Below are positions 1-8,295 of a DNA stretch of 32,717 nucleotides, one piece after another. The stretch covers positions 1-32,717 of IMG/VR virus record IMGVR_UViG_3300010366_000034; one strand, 5' to 3'. The notes under the pieces were generated by a model that saw nothing but the letters and a program-made list of their open reading frames with translations, searched no databases and was not told where the DNA came from. The translations under genes were made by a program, and so were the position numbers. How positions within the stretch are numbered: the first letter of the stretch is position 1; each line of letters starts with the position of its first letter. The DNA comes from a virus (Duplodnaviria; Caudoviricetes).

Positions 1-411
1 GGCGGCGTCGGCGACGAGTTCGACCACGTCCCGGAAGAGCACGCCGCGCTGTTGAACTCTGTTCTGATGGCGCCGCTCTGGTTCGCCCAGTTGATCACGA
101 CGCTCGGTGTCCGGCTGCCATCCGTGCCACTGCCGCGCGCCGAGAAGCGGCGGATCGAGCGACGTTTCGGCCCTGGTCACCCGAGCATCTACCGCGTTGA
201 CCTGCGCGGCGCGGGCGACCAGCACCCAGGCCGAGGCGATCAGCAGTTCTTCCACCGCTGGCTCGTCCGTGGTCACTATCGCGAGCACGAGCACGGCCGT
301 TATGTTGTGCCCGGCAAGGGCGCCTGTAGCTGGGTCAGGCCCTACGTCAAGGGACCGGCCGGGGCACCGTGGAAGGGTCGCCCCGTCTACACGACGAGCG
401 AGACGGGATGA
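1..411 (+). CDS. 5'-truncated phage hypothetical protein
   Basis: Frame open from base 1 to 411 with GC3-rich codons. C-terminal HRWLVRGHYR...WVRPYVKGPAGAP resembles a recurring phage hypothetical motif. ATGA overlap with the next gene. Confidence 0.7.
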   Translation, partial: GGVGDEFDHVPEEHAALLNSVLMAPLWFAQLITTLGVRLPSVPLPRAEKRRIERRFGPGHPSIYRVDLRGAGDQHPGRGDQQFFHRWLVRGHYREHEHGRYVVPGKGACSWVRPYVKGPAGAPWKGRPVYTTSETG

Positions 412-629
412 CCGAGCAGCCCGAACAGACCGCGGTCGCCATCCTCGAGCTATGGACGGTCGTGCAGAAGCTGCTCGGCCGGAAGCCCGGCCGCGTGATC
501 GTCTCCACGAGCGAACTCGAGGAAACGCTGGCGCTCGCGCGCGTCGGCGCATTCCACCGCCAGGCCCTCGACGGCGACCTGACCGCGCTCGTCTTCGAGG
601 GCTACCGGCGCCCCGAGGGCGCGGAATGA
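408..629 (+). CDS. hypothetical protein
   Basis: ATGA-coupled start at 408 (MTEQPEQ...), ATGA-coupled to the next ORF. Confidence 0.7.
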   Translation: MTEQPEQTAVAILELWTVVQKLLGRKPGRVIVSTSELEETLALARVGAFHRQALDGDLTALVFEGYRRPEGAE

Positions 630-862
630 CAAAGCGCCCCGCGTCTGCTGACGCGAGGCGCTCGGTCGAGGCTGCCCTGATGCGCGTCTTCGCGCATCGG
701 CATCCGCACCTACGAGGCGCGCCCGTGCGGAGTAACGGTCGCGCGGCGGCCCTGGGTCGGGAGGTCGCTCGGCCCGGTGCCATGCCAGTAGATGGTCGTG
801 CGGTCGGCGATCGGCCCGGATCCGCGGGCGACGAAGATCGCGTCGATCCCGGCGGCGAGTAG
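626..862 (+). CDS. small hypothetical protein overlapping the integrase 3' end (possible RDF)
   Basis: ATGA-coupled start (MTKRPASADARRSVEAALMRVFAHRHP). The last 153 bp are antisense to the integrase. Confidence 0.4.
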   Translation: MTKRPASADARRSVEAALMRVFAHRHPHLRGAPVRSNGRAAALGREVARPGAMPVDGRAVGDRPGSAGDEDRVDPGGE

Positions 863-2245
863 CTCGTGCTGCTCTTCGACGGCCATATCGCCGAAGCTCG
901 ACAGGTCGACGCGGGCGAAGTCGACGGCGGCGCCGCGCGCGATCTCGATCTCTTCGAGCCGGGCCTGGGCCTCGTCGAGCAGACCCTGGCGCTGGGCGAT
1001 CCCGCGGGCGAGCCGGTCCTGGCTCAGGCCGCCCGTGTTCGCCGCGTCGATGAACTTGTCGAGGTTGTCCGACGCCGACTGCACCGCGAGGCGGGCGGCG
1101 TGCAGCGGCTGATCGGACCCGGTGCCCTCGACTGCGAGGTCGCCGTACTGCGCGAGGAAGGCGTCGACGACGAACGGCTCGAGGACGTGGCCGACGACCG
1201 CGACGGGCGCCTGGCAGACGCCGCCCGCGTGCTTCCTGGCGCACTGGTAGCGAACGTGCGGCTCGCGACCCGGCCGCGTGACGAGCGCGCCCGTGAGCGC
1301 GTATCCGCAGCCCGCGCAGCGGAGCAGACCGGCGCCGAGCAGCCGCTGACCGTTCCGGCCGCGGGTCGATCCGCGCTTCGCCGACTGCGCCTTCTGGAAG
1401 GTCTCGACGTCGACGAGGGCCGTGTGCGCGCCCGTCTTGACGATGTCGCCGGAGCGGGCCTCGCCGAGGTAGACGCGATTCTGAAGCAGGTTCCGCACCG
1501 TGCCGTCGTGCCAGCCGTTGTCCGGGAGACCGGCGGCGCGGAACATCTCGCCGATCTCGGCGTAGGTGGCGCCCTCGGCGCGCATCACGAACGCGCGAGT
1601 AACAGCCGGGCCTTCGATCAGCGAGACGACGAGGCGACCGTCTTCGTCCTTCTCGTAGCCGGTCGGAGCGATCGCGCAGCAGTGGATCCCCCGCTCGACA
1701 GCATCGGTGCGCGAGTTCCGCCACTGCTCAGTGAAGCGGGCGAGTTCAAGCTCGGCGATCGCCGTAAAAATGTTGAACACGAACCGACCCATATACGACG
1801 TCGTGTCGATCAGTTCGGCGCAGGCGACAAGCTGCCCGCCTGCGTCGTTGATCCTCGAGGCGGCGACGTTCGCATCGACGACCGAGCGGGCGAACCTGTC
1901 GAGCTTCGCGACGATGATGCCGCCGGTCTCGTTCGCCTCGACACGCGCGAGCGCCTCCTGGAACATCGGGCGGTCATAGTCGCCGCCCGACTCGTCCTCT
2001 TCCTCGTGCCAGCGTGCGATTTCGATCCGCGGCGAGTTCGGGTCGGCGTTCTTCGCCGCGATGTACGCCTCGATCTGCTGTCGCTGCTGCCGCTTCGTCT
2101 GGTACGACTCGCCCGACCGTCCGCCTACCTGGCTCACGCGAATGTAGGCGTCGAGGTAGAGCACGTCGACGGGCGGCTTCTCGCCGAGCGGCGTCTCGAG
2201 GTGAGCGGTGCTCGACCGATACGACTTACTGCGCTTGCGTGCCAT
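710..2245 (-). CDS. int: large serine recombinase (phage integrase)
   Basis: Catalytic YIRVS, IIVAKLDRFARS, recombinase domain, Zn-ribbon (CAGCG...YQC...C) and coiled coil. GAAAGGA SD precedes the ATG at 2245. Confidence 0.95.
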   Translation of the reverse strand: MARKRSKSYRSSTAHLETPLGEKPPVDVLYLDAYIRVSQVGGRSGESYQTKRQQRQQIEAYIAAKNADPNSPRIEIARWHEEEDESGGDYDRPMFQEALARVEANETGGIIVAKLDRFARSVVDANVAASRINDAGGQLVACAELIDTTSYMGRFVFNIFTAIAELELARFTEQWRNSRTDAVERGIHCCAIAPTGYEKDEDGRLVVSLIEGPAVTRAFVMRAEGATYAEIGEMFRAAGLPDNGWHDGTVRNLLQNRVYLGEARSGDIVKTGAHTALVDVETFQKAQSAKRGSTRGRNGQRLLGAGLLRCAGCGYALTGALVTRPGREPHVRYQCARKHAGGVCQAPVAVVGHVLEPFVVDAFLAQYGDLAVEGTGSDQPLHAARLAVQSASDNLDKFIDAANTGGLSQDRLARGIAQRQGLLDEAQARLEEIEIARGAAVDFARVDLSSFGDMAVEEQHELLAAGIDAIFVARGSGPIADRTTIYWHGTGPSDLPTQGRRATVTPHGRAS

Positions 2246-2282
2246 GCTGGGATCCTTTCCCTGGGGGTCGCTTCCAGGGCGG

Positions 2283-2291
2283 ATCTTAGCA
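2283..2291 (-). promoter_or_regulatory. putative extended -10 promoter of the integrase (TGcTAAGAT)
   Basis: TGnTAAGAT lies 7 nt before the GGAAGCGACC motif and abuts attP. Confidence 0.5.
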
Positions 2292-2295
2292 CAAA

Positions 2296-2341
2296 ACACC
2301 TAGTTCTAGGCGTCAGGGACACTGCGCCTAGCAGTAGGTGT
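2296..2341. mobile_element. attP: putative attP site (46-bp imperfect inverted repeat, central dinucleotide GA at 2318-2319)
   Basis: ACACCTA-gtt-CTAGGCG-tcagggacactg-CGCCTAG-cag-TAGGTGT, just upstream of the serine integrase. Size and symmetry match serine-integrase attP sites. Confidence 0.75.
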
Positions 2342-2346
2342 CAGGC

Positions 2347-2622
2347 GTGAGTCGGCCGGTCGGCGTAGGCCCATTCGTCGCGCTCGACACGCTGCTCGAG
2401 GTAAGCGCGACCCAAGGCTTCGACATTCGCGTGAAGCTCGACATCGCCTCGGAGTGTTGCTGGGCGTGCGAGTTCAGCTACACGCCGAAACCGAACGCTG
2501 AGGACGCGCCCGACCGTAGCTTCGTCCTGTACGCGGCGGGCGGCGCGACTCCCGGCGACGTGCTCGCGCGCTGCCTCGAGGCGTTCGCCGAATGGCCTGA
2601 CGAGCGAAAGCTGCGCGCATGA
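2347..2622 (+). CDS. hypothetical protein
   Basis: ORF with phage-like codon use; start is GTG 2347 or 2338. Confidence 0.6.
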   Translation: MSRPVGVGPFVALDTLLEVSATQGFDIRVKLDIASECCWACEFSYTPKPNAEDAPDRSFVLYAAGGATPGDVLARCLEAFAEWPDERKLRA

Positions 2623-2687
2623 CATGGCTCGGCGCCCTGCTCGTCGTGCTCGTGACCGTGGTCGCCTGCCTGGTGGCCTGGCGATGA
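2619..2687 (+). CDS. 22-aa membrane micro-peptide (MTWLGALLVVLVTVVACLVAWR)
   Basis: ATGA overlaps at both ends; single hydrophobic helix; absent from the ORF track. Confidence 0.6.
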   Translation: MTWLGALLVVLVTVVACLVAWR

Positions 2688-2938
2688 GCTACCTCTCGCC
2701 GCGCGACGCCGCCGACGCTGTCCGCCGCGACCTCGCCGAGTATTGGCTCGAGATCTACAACGAGGACGGCGCCCGCCGTCAGACCGAGCGCCAGGTGCCG
2801 CCGGGCGCGCTGCTGCTCACGGCCGAGCAGGCGAAGCAGGCGCTCGAGGTGCTCCGCTTCCCGGCGCCGTACACGTGGACCGAGCGCCAGCTGGAACAGC
2901 ACGACGAAGTCGTCGCCTGGCTCGAGGTGAGGCGGTGA
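2684..2938 (+). CDS. hypothetical protein
   Basis: ATGA-coupled start (MSYLSPRD...). Confidence 0.7.
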   Translation: MSYLSPRDAADAVRRDLAEYWLEIYNEDGARRQTERQVPPGALLLTAEQAKQALEVLRFPAPYTWTERQLEQHDEVVAWLEVRR

Positions 2939-3132
2939 ACCGTCACGCGATGATCCGGATCGAGCGGCACGGCCCGCTCGTCGACCGCGTCGCCTGGGTG
3001 AAGGGCGAGCACGTCGTCGACCTGACGCCGCTCGGGATCACCCGCGTCCGCCGCGACATCGAGGTCGGAACGATGCCGCTCGTCTCGGTCACGTTCCGCG
3101 CCGTGCTCGTCGAGATCGAGGCCGAGCGGTGA
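2935..3132 (+). CDS. hypothetical protein
   Basis: GTGA-coupled at both ends. Confidence 0.65.
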   Translation: MNRHAMIRIERHGPLVDRVAWVKGEHVVDLTPLGITRVRRDIEVGTMPLVSVTFRAVLVEIEAER

Positions 3133-3338
3133 AGGCGCGCTCGCGCCTACCTGCTTACGAGACGGCACTCGCGCTCGAGTGGACCGGGCTGCCGTTCCAG
3201 CGCTCGGGCGTCTGCGTCGACTGCGGCGCCTTCGGCCATGACATGCGCGGACGCCGGTCGAGCGAGGTGCGCTGCTTCCCCTGTCACTGCGAAGTGCCTG
3301 CCGTGAGGCGGCGGGCGCGAAGGAGGTCCACGTCATGA
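3129..3338 (+). CDS. small Zn-finger protein
   Basis: CVDC...CFPC pairs; coupled at both ends. Confidence 0.6.
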   Translation: MKARSRLPAYETALALEWTGLPFQRSGVCVDCGAFGHDMRGRRSSEVRCFPCHCEVPAVRRRARRRSTS

Positions 3339-3793
3339 GCGAACTGGAAGTTCGCACCGACAACACGCTGACGCTGCACGGGACGGGCGAGGCCTTCGAC
3401 CTCGCCGAGCCTGAGCAGGTCGCACGCGCGCTCGTCGCGATCGACCGCTACCTCGAGCACGTCCGCGAGGCGTACCGGGACAGGGTCGTCGCCGAGCTAT
3501 GGGAGATCGGGCGCGAGCGCGGCACCCAGACGCTGCACTTCGACACCGTCACGATCCTGCTCTCGGACAACGAAGAGCACGACTGGGACATCGCCGGGCT
3601 ACGCGAGCGGATGCCCGCCGCCGGACTACCGCAGGAACGGCTCGATCTGCTGATCAAGGTCGAGGTTAGGGAGAAGGTCGACCTGAACGTCGCGAAGCAG
3701 CTGCGCGGGGCGAATGAGGCCTACGCGAAGATCCTCGACGATTGCCGTACGACGATCCCGGCGTCGCGCTTCTACGCGAGGCGGAAGCGATGA
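3335..3793 (+). CDS. hypothetical protein of the recombination module
   Basis: 152-aa coupled ORF directly upstream of the RecT-like gene. Confidence 0.75.
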   Translation: MSELEVRTDNTLTLHGTGEAFDLAEPEQVARALVAIDRYLEHVREAYRDRVVAELWEIGRERGTQTLHFDTVTILLSDNEEHDWDIAGLRERMPAAGLPQERLDLLIKVEVREKVDLNVAKQLRGANEAYAKILDDCRTTIPASRFYARRKR

Positions 3794-4494
3794 GCACCTC
3801 GACCGAGGTCGTACGCCTCGCTCCGGAACTCGATCGCTACGTCCGCCTCGGGCGGATGCTGGCGCTCAGCGAGTCGAAGGCGACGTCGCCCGATGCGAGG
3901 GCGGCGTCAGGGGCGCTGCGTTTCTACTACGCCGAGGCGCTCGGGCTGCCGCCGATGGCGGCCGCAGAACTCAACGTGATCGACGGGAAGCTCGTCGTCT
4001 CGGCGCTACTCCTGCGGGCGCTCGCCGAGCAGCGCGGGTACATCGTCGAGCGCGACCCCTCGAGCGACGAGACTGCCTGCACGGCGATCCTCTCGAAGCG
4101 GACGACGATGCCCGGAGGCGACGTCGAACTCGGGCGGTCGACGTTCACGATCGAGCAGGCGAAGCAGGCAGGTCTCGCTGGGAAAACGAACTGGCGCACG
4201 TACCCCGACCGGATGCTCTGGGCGCGCGCGTCGACGAACGTGATCCGCGACTACGCCGCCGCGGTCGCGGTCGGGATCGTCACCTCGGAAGAAATGAACG
4301 ACCGCGTCGACGAGGCGACGGCGGCAGGAGAGCGCGCCGAGGGTCCGGGCTTCGGCGTGACCGAGACCGAGGTCGACTGGCCCGAGGATCAGGCCGACCT
4401 GTACGACGCCGAGCGGGAACTCGAGGACGAGGAAGCGGCCGAGCAGGGCGAGAGCGGCGACCCGCCCGACGAGGACGTCGACTATGAAGCGTGA
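3790..4494 (+). CDS. RecT/Red-beta-like single-strand annealing protein
   Basis: LNVIDGK, FTIEQAKQAGL, NWRTYPDRMLWARA...R, G.VTSEEM motifs; acidic C-terminal tail. Confidence 0.8.
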   Translation: MSTSTEVVRLAPELDRYVRLGRMLALSESKATSPDARAASGALRFYYAEALGLPPMAAAELNVIDGKLVVSALLLRALAEQRGYIVERDPSSDETACTAILSKRTTMPGGDVELGRSTFTIEQAKQAGLAGKTNWRTYPDRMLWARASTNVIRDYAAAVAVGIVTSEEMNDRVDEATAAGERAEGPGFGVTETEVDWPEDQADLYDAERELEDEEAAEQGESGDPPDEDVDYEA

Positions 4495-4663
4495 CGACCC
4501 CGTCCTGCTCGCGCTCGTGCAGACGCTGTCGATCCTCGACGAGCGCGTGACCCGGCTCGAACTGGAACTGGCCGAGCGGATCCGCGGCGAGGTCGACGCG
4601 GCGCTCGTCGACGTGCTCGCGATCCGCGACGAGGTTCCCGAGCCGCTCGAGGCGACGGCATGA
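4484..4663 (+). CDS. hypothetical protein (59 aa)
   Basis: MKRDDPVLLALVQ...; fills the gap and is ATGA-coupled to the next gene. Confidence 0.6.
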   Translation: MKRDDPVLLALVQTLSILDERVTRLELELAERIRGEVDAALVDVLAIRDEVPEPLEATA

Positions 4664-4851
4664 GCCTGCTCGATGCAGAACTCGAGGCCTGTCGGGCCGT
4701 GATCCGGAAGCTGCTCGCCGAGCGCGAACACCTGCAAGGAGAGGTCGAGCGGCTGGCCGTGCTCGTATCCGAGCATCACGCCGTCGGCGTGCTCGAGGGC
4801 GCCCGCGTCGGCGAACTCTGCCCGGTCTGCTTCGCAGGACGTGAGTCGTGA
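4660..4851 (+). CDS. hypothetical coiled-coil protein
   Basis: Coupled ORF with a CPVC motif near the C-terminus. Confidence 0.6.
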   Translation: MSLLDAELEACRAVIRKLLAEREHLQGEVERLAVLVSEHHAVGVLEGARVGELCPVCFAGRES

Positions 4852-5312
4852 CGTCGCGCTGGTATGCCCGGCTGCTCGCGCTCGGCCTCGCCCTAGCAGT
4901 CGCGCTCGCCGTCGTCGGCAAAGTTGACGCCGACGCGGTCGGGCGGATGCCGCAGGCGAAGCTCGAGCGGACAGCCCGCTACGTCGCCAGGCACGGCGGG
5001 ATCCGCGGCTCGTGTTACGGCTGCGCGACGCCGCGTATGCAGCGGCTCGTCTTCGAACTCGTCGAGCGGGCTTTCCCGCGCGGCTCGAAGGCCTGGGCGA
5101 TCTGCGTCACGGCCCGCGAGTCGGGCGCGAATCCGGGCGCGATCTCGGCGAGCGGCGACTACGGCGTCGGCCAGATCCACGTCGCGCTCTGGCGGCAGTT
5201 CTCGGCCTGGCGCCTCACTCACGACCCCGTCTACTCGGTCGTCGCCTTCCGGCGGCTGGCCGCGGCCGGGGCGAACCGTCAACCGTGGTCAGGCGGGCGC
5301 TACTCGTGCTAA
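4848..5312 (+). CDS. secreted lysozyme-like / lytic transglycosylase (SLT-type) protein
   Basis: N-terminal hydrophobic signal; ARESGANPGA (catalytic Glu), DYGVGQI and terminal PW motifs. Confidence 0.75.
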   Translation: MTSRWYARLLALGLALAVALAVVGKVDADAVGRMPQAKLERTARYVARHGGIRGSCYGCATPRMQRLVFELVERAFPRGSKAWAICVTARESGANPGAISASGDYGVGQIHVALWRQFSAWRLTHDPVYSVVAFRRLAAAGANRQPWSGGRYSC

Positions 5313-5902
5313 CACGAGACGAAGCGGAGGAATACACGCAGGCGCTCGGCCAGGTCGTCTCGGGCGGCTGGCGGCAGATATTCCTCGGTCGTCGGCTCGG
5401 CGTACCGCAAGCGCTCGGCCTCACCACTAAGGAGTGGGTCGACGGACGCCTCGGTGGCTACCTGAAGCTCGATCAAGACGAGCGGCGTGCAGCCGTTGCA
5501 GAACTCACCGAAGAGGGCCTGTCGGCGCCCGCGATTGGCGAGGTGCTCGACGTGACCGAGAAGACAGTCGATCGCGATCGGGCAGAACTAGCCGGGACAA
5601 ATGTCCCTGCGCCATCGAGCAACGGAGCGGAAAATCCCGGCGAAGCAGGGACAAATGTCCCTGACCTCGTCGCGCCGATCGATGAGGAACTTCTCGCCCG
5701 ACAGCAGCGCGAGAACCTCATCCAAGTACTCGACCGGGCCGTCTTCGCGCTCGAGTCGCCGCCGAGCGCAGCCGAAGCCGAGGTCGCCCGCCTGCTCGTC
5801 GAGGGCGACCCCGGCCCGTTCACACCCGACCGTTTCGACCGAGTCGTCGCCTACTGCACGGCGTTCGCCGACGCGCTCAGGAAGGCAGGGATCGATGGAT
5901 AG
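5306..5902 (+). CDS. HTH DNA-binding protein
   Basis: GLSAPAIGEVLDVTEKTVDRD helix-turn-helix; GTG start overlaps the previous gene. Confidence 0.75.
   Translation: MLTRDEAEEYTQALGQVVSGGWRQIFLGRRLGVPQALGLTTKEWVDGRLGGYLKLDQDERRAAVAELTEEGLSAPAIGEVLDVTEKTVDRDRAELAGTNVPAPSSNGAENPGEAGTNVPDLVAPIDEELLARQQRENLIQVLDRAVFALESPPSAAEAEVARLLVEGDPGPFTPDRFDRVVAYCTAFADALRKAGIDG
5594..5663. repeat. two palindromic GGGACA-AA-TGTCCC sites (5594-5607, 5648-5661) inside the HTH gene
   Basis: Identical 14-bp dyads 54 bp apart; the second extends to 18 bp (CAGGGACA-AA-TGTCCCTG). Confidence 0.7.
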
Positions 5903-6359
5903 ACAGCTACAGAAGCGTGCCGCAGTTCTCTACGAGGATGAACTGCAGTACGCGATCGCTCGCGACGATCAGATCGACCTCGCGACCTGTCGCGCGAAGG
6001 CGGCGATGCGCTTCGGGCGCGACCTCACCGCAGACGACCTCGGCGCGATCGCGGTGGGCGTGATTGAGCGTATCGCCCGACAGGTCGAACGCGGCTTCGA
6101 GGAAGACCTGTCGACCCTTCAGTTACGGATCGGCGGCGCGATCCGAACGGGCGATCTTACCTTTGTGCCATCGGCGCGGGCGAGGGTCGCCGACTGGCTC
6201 AATCTCGACGAGATACGCGAGGAAGTCTTCAGGCAGCACGAGGCGAAGCGGTCCCGCGAGCGGGATGCGATTCGCTCGATCGTCGGCCGGATGCGCGAGC
6301 ATGGTGGCGACCCGACGACGATCGAGGCGTGCCCAGATCTCTTCGAGGGTCGCGAATGA
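5895..6359 (+). CDS. hypothetical protein
   Basis: ATG at 5895 overlaps the previous gene (MDRQLQKRAA...). Confidence 0.7.
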   Translation: MDRQLQKRAAVLYEDELQYAIARDDQIDLATCRAKAAMRFGRDLTADDLGAIAVGVIERIARQVERGFEEDLSTLQLRIGGAIRTGDLTFVPSARARVADWLNLDEIREEVFRQHEAKRSRERDAIRSIVGRMREHGGDPTTIEACPDLFEGRE

Positions 6360-6562
6360 TCGTCCGCTGCGCCTTCTGCGGCGACCCGGTCGAGACCGAC
6401 CACGCTCGCACCTTCCGCGGCGTGGTCGGCTGGGAGCAGCCTCGATCCCAGGGAGGCGCGAACCAGATCACGCTGCGCCGTCCCGTCGAGCGCTGGGCGC
6501 ACTGGGAGTGCGTCGACAAGGAGCGGCGCCAGATCGCCGCGACGCAGGGGTCGCTGTTGTGA
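6356..6562 (+). CDS. small Zn-finger-like protein
   Basis: CAFC...HWEC; coupled. Confidence 0.65.
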   Translation: MIVRCAFCGDPVETDHARTFRGVVGWEQPRSQGGANQITLRRPVERWAHWECVDKERRQIAATQGSLL

Positions 6563-6861
6563 CAAGTTCGCCGAGGTCGGCCCGGCCCGACCCAAATATC
6601 GGCAGCCTCGAGCCTGGGCGCACACGCGCTCGAGGCCCGGCCTCGGCGATCCCCTACGGCGAGTTCCCGCCCGGCTACGGCGGCCCTCACGCCGACGACT
6701 TCGAGATCGTTCGACAGCGCCTGCTGCGCTGGCCGCGAGCCGAGCATGAGGCGCTGCTGAACCTGCCAGCCGCCGAGCTACGAGTCATCTACGAGGCGAT
6801 CCTGTACCTGGACGCGAGACCGGCAGCTAGCACAAATTCCGACACCGAGACGCAAAGGTGA
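6559..6861 (+). CDS. hypothetical protein
   Basis: GTGA-coupled ORF; start uncertain. Confidence 0.5.
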   Translation: MTSSPRSARPDPNIGSLEPGRTRARGPASAIPYGEFPPGYGGPHADDFEIVRQRLLRWPRAEHEALLNLPAAELRVIYEAILYLDARPAASTNSDTETQR

Positions 6862-6919
6862 CCGAGTGAACTGGGCCGATCCCAGGCCCGAGCCGCCCTG
6901 GTCGGAGGAAGGGGAACCG

Positions 6920-7117
6920 ATGAGTGACAGGCACGTCGAGCTATTCAGGGGTGAAGACGGCGACTGGTACTTCCGCTTCGTGGCCGCGAACGGCGAGCAG
7001 ATCACGCGATCGAGTGAGGGCTACCGGAACCGCCAGGACGCGATCGACGCGATGATCCTGATCGCGCACGGGGTCGGCGTCGTGATCAGGTTCGAGGATG
7101 GCGACGACGGCGCCTGA
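6920..7117 (+). CDS. YegP/DUF1508-family protein
   Basis: ELFRGEDGDWYFRFVAANGEQITRSSEGYRNRQDA matches the family signature; GAAGGGG SD. Confidence 0.85.
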   Translation: MSDRHVELFRGEDGDWYFRFVAANGEQITRSSEGYRNRQDAIDAMILIAHGVGVVIRFEDGDDGA

Positions 7118-7286
7118 CCGGCTGGCTGCGGAGGCGAGGCGCTGGCTGACGACGAGCGGCTGGCACCCGCCGACACGCGAACGCGAGCAGATCGTCGAGC
7201 GGGCGCTGCGCGCGCTCGAGCGCTACTACGACGACGTGATCGTCGTCGAGGGCATCATCCGCCGCGGCGTCTGGCGGCCGGAGTGA
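7098..7286 (+). CDS. hypothetical protein
   Basis: Overlapping small ORF within the operon. Confidence 0.55.
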   Translation: MATTAPDRLAAEARRWLTTSGWHPPTREREQIVERALRALERYYDDVIVVEGIIRRGVWRPE

Positions 7287-7522
7287 CGACCGGCGCGAAC
7301 CAGAACACGCTCGCGGGCTTCTGCTTCTACTGCGGCCGCCCGCTGATCTCGGCGGCGCCGTTGTCGCGGGCGAAGACGCGGGCGCTCTTCGGCGGACAGC
7401 TGACGTGCGGCCCGTGCGTGTACGAGCGCGGCCGCCTGCCGTGGCGCGAGGGCGGCGCGACCGGCGGGCACGATCTGTACTCGCGCGCGCGCCGGGCGAT
7501 GAAGGACGCGATGCAGACGTGA
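7283..7522 (+). CDS. small Zn-finger protein
   Basis: CFYC...CGPC; GTGA-coupled. Confidence 0.65.
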   Translation: MTTGANQNTLAGFCFYCGRPLISAAPLSRAKTRALFGGQLTCGPCVYERGRLPWREGGATGGHDLYSRARRAMKDAMQT

Positions 7523-7692
7523 CGCTCGAGGAACGTCTCGACGACGCGGTGAACGCGCTCGAGCGGATGGCCGCCGCGTTCGAGCGCATCGCGAGCGCGT
7601 CTGAACGACACGCGAGCGCGCTGGATGCGATCGCGACCGCAGTCGAAGCTCGGGTGTTCAAGGACCCCGACCTGCGCCGTCGGCCGTTGTGA
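7519..7692 (+). CDS. small coiled-coil protein
   Basis: GTGA-coupled; heptad-like repeats (ALERMAAAFERIA). Confidence 0.6.
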   Translation: MTLEERLDDAVNALERMAAAFERIASASERHASALDAIATAVEARVFKDPDLRRRPL

Positions 7693-7988
7693 ACCGCGAC
7701 CGTCGTCGCCGGATCAGGCTCGCGCTCGAGGGCGAACCGTACCATCGCCAGCCCGTCACGTTCTGGAAGATCCAGGTCGAGTACGCCGACGGCAGAAGTG
7801 CAACATGGTCCGGTGATGCGCGCGACCGGCGGATGACCCGCCTCGCCTGGCTGGTCTGGGAAGAGCGCCAGTGCCGCAGCCTCGCCGAGAGGTCGGCTTT
7901 CCCCGATATCGCCGAGCGCGCCCGCGAGCTTGCGGATGGCATCGCCGATGACATCGCCGACGAGATCGCCGCCTTAGGCGATGAGTAG
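7689..7988 (+). CDS. hypothetical protein
   Basis: GTGA-coupled ORF. Confidence 0.6.
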   Translation: MNRDRRRRIRLALEGEPYHRQPVTFWKIQVEYADGRSATWSGDARDRRMTRLAWLVWEERQCRSLAERSAFPDIAERARELADGIADDIADEIAALGDE

Positions 7989-8295
7989 GGCCGAGCGGGA
8001 CAAGGGCAAGCGCGGCGAGCGCGAGGTCGCCCAGCTGCTGCGCTACTACGGCTTCGAGGCCCACCGCGACGGCCGCCTCGACGCCGACCTGGCGCACAAC
8101 GTCGACGCCGTCCACTTCGAGGTGAAGCGCTGCGAGCGCCTCGAGATCCCGAAGTGGTGGCGCTCGACGCAGGCGGACGCGGGCGCCGCCCGTGAGGCCG
8201 TGCTCTGCTTCCGCCAGTCCGGCGGGAACTGGCTCGCCGTCGCCGAACTGACTTTCCTGCTCGAACTGCTCGCAGAACGGCGCGAGCGTGGCTGA
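7981..8295 (+). CDS. Hjc-like PD-(D/E)xK Holliday junction resolvase
   Basis: RDKGKRGEREVAQLL...D...FEVKR motif. Confidence 0.8.
   Translation: MSRAERDKGKRGEREVAQLLRYYGFEAHRDGRLDADLAHNVDAVHFEVKRCERLEIPKWWRSTQADAGAAREAVLCFRQSGGNWLAVAELTFLLELLAERRERG

Noticed and set aside
866-2350. 494-aa plus-strand ORF and other long Arg/Ala/Pro-rich ORFs
   Set aside because: Antisense or off-frame shadows of real high-GC genes; no motifs or SD.
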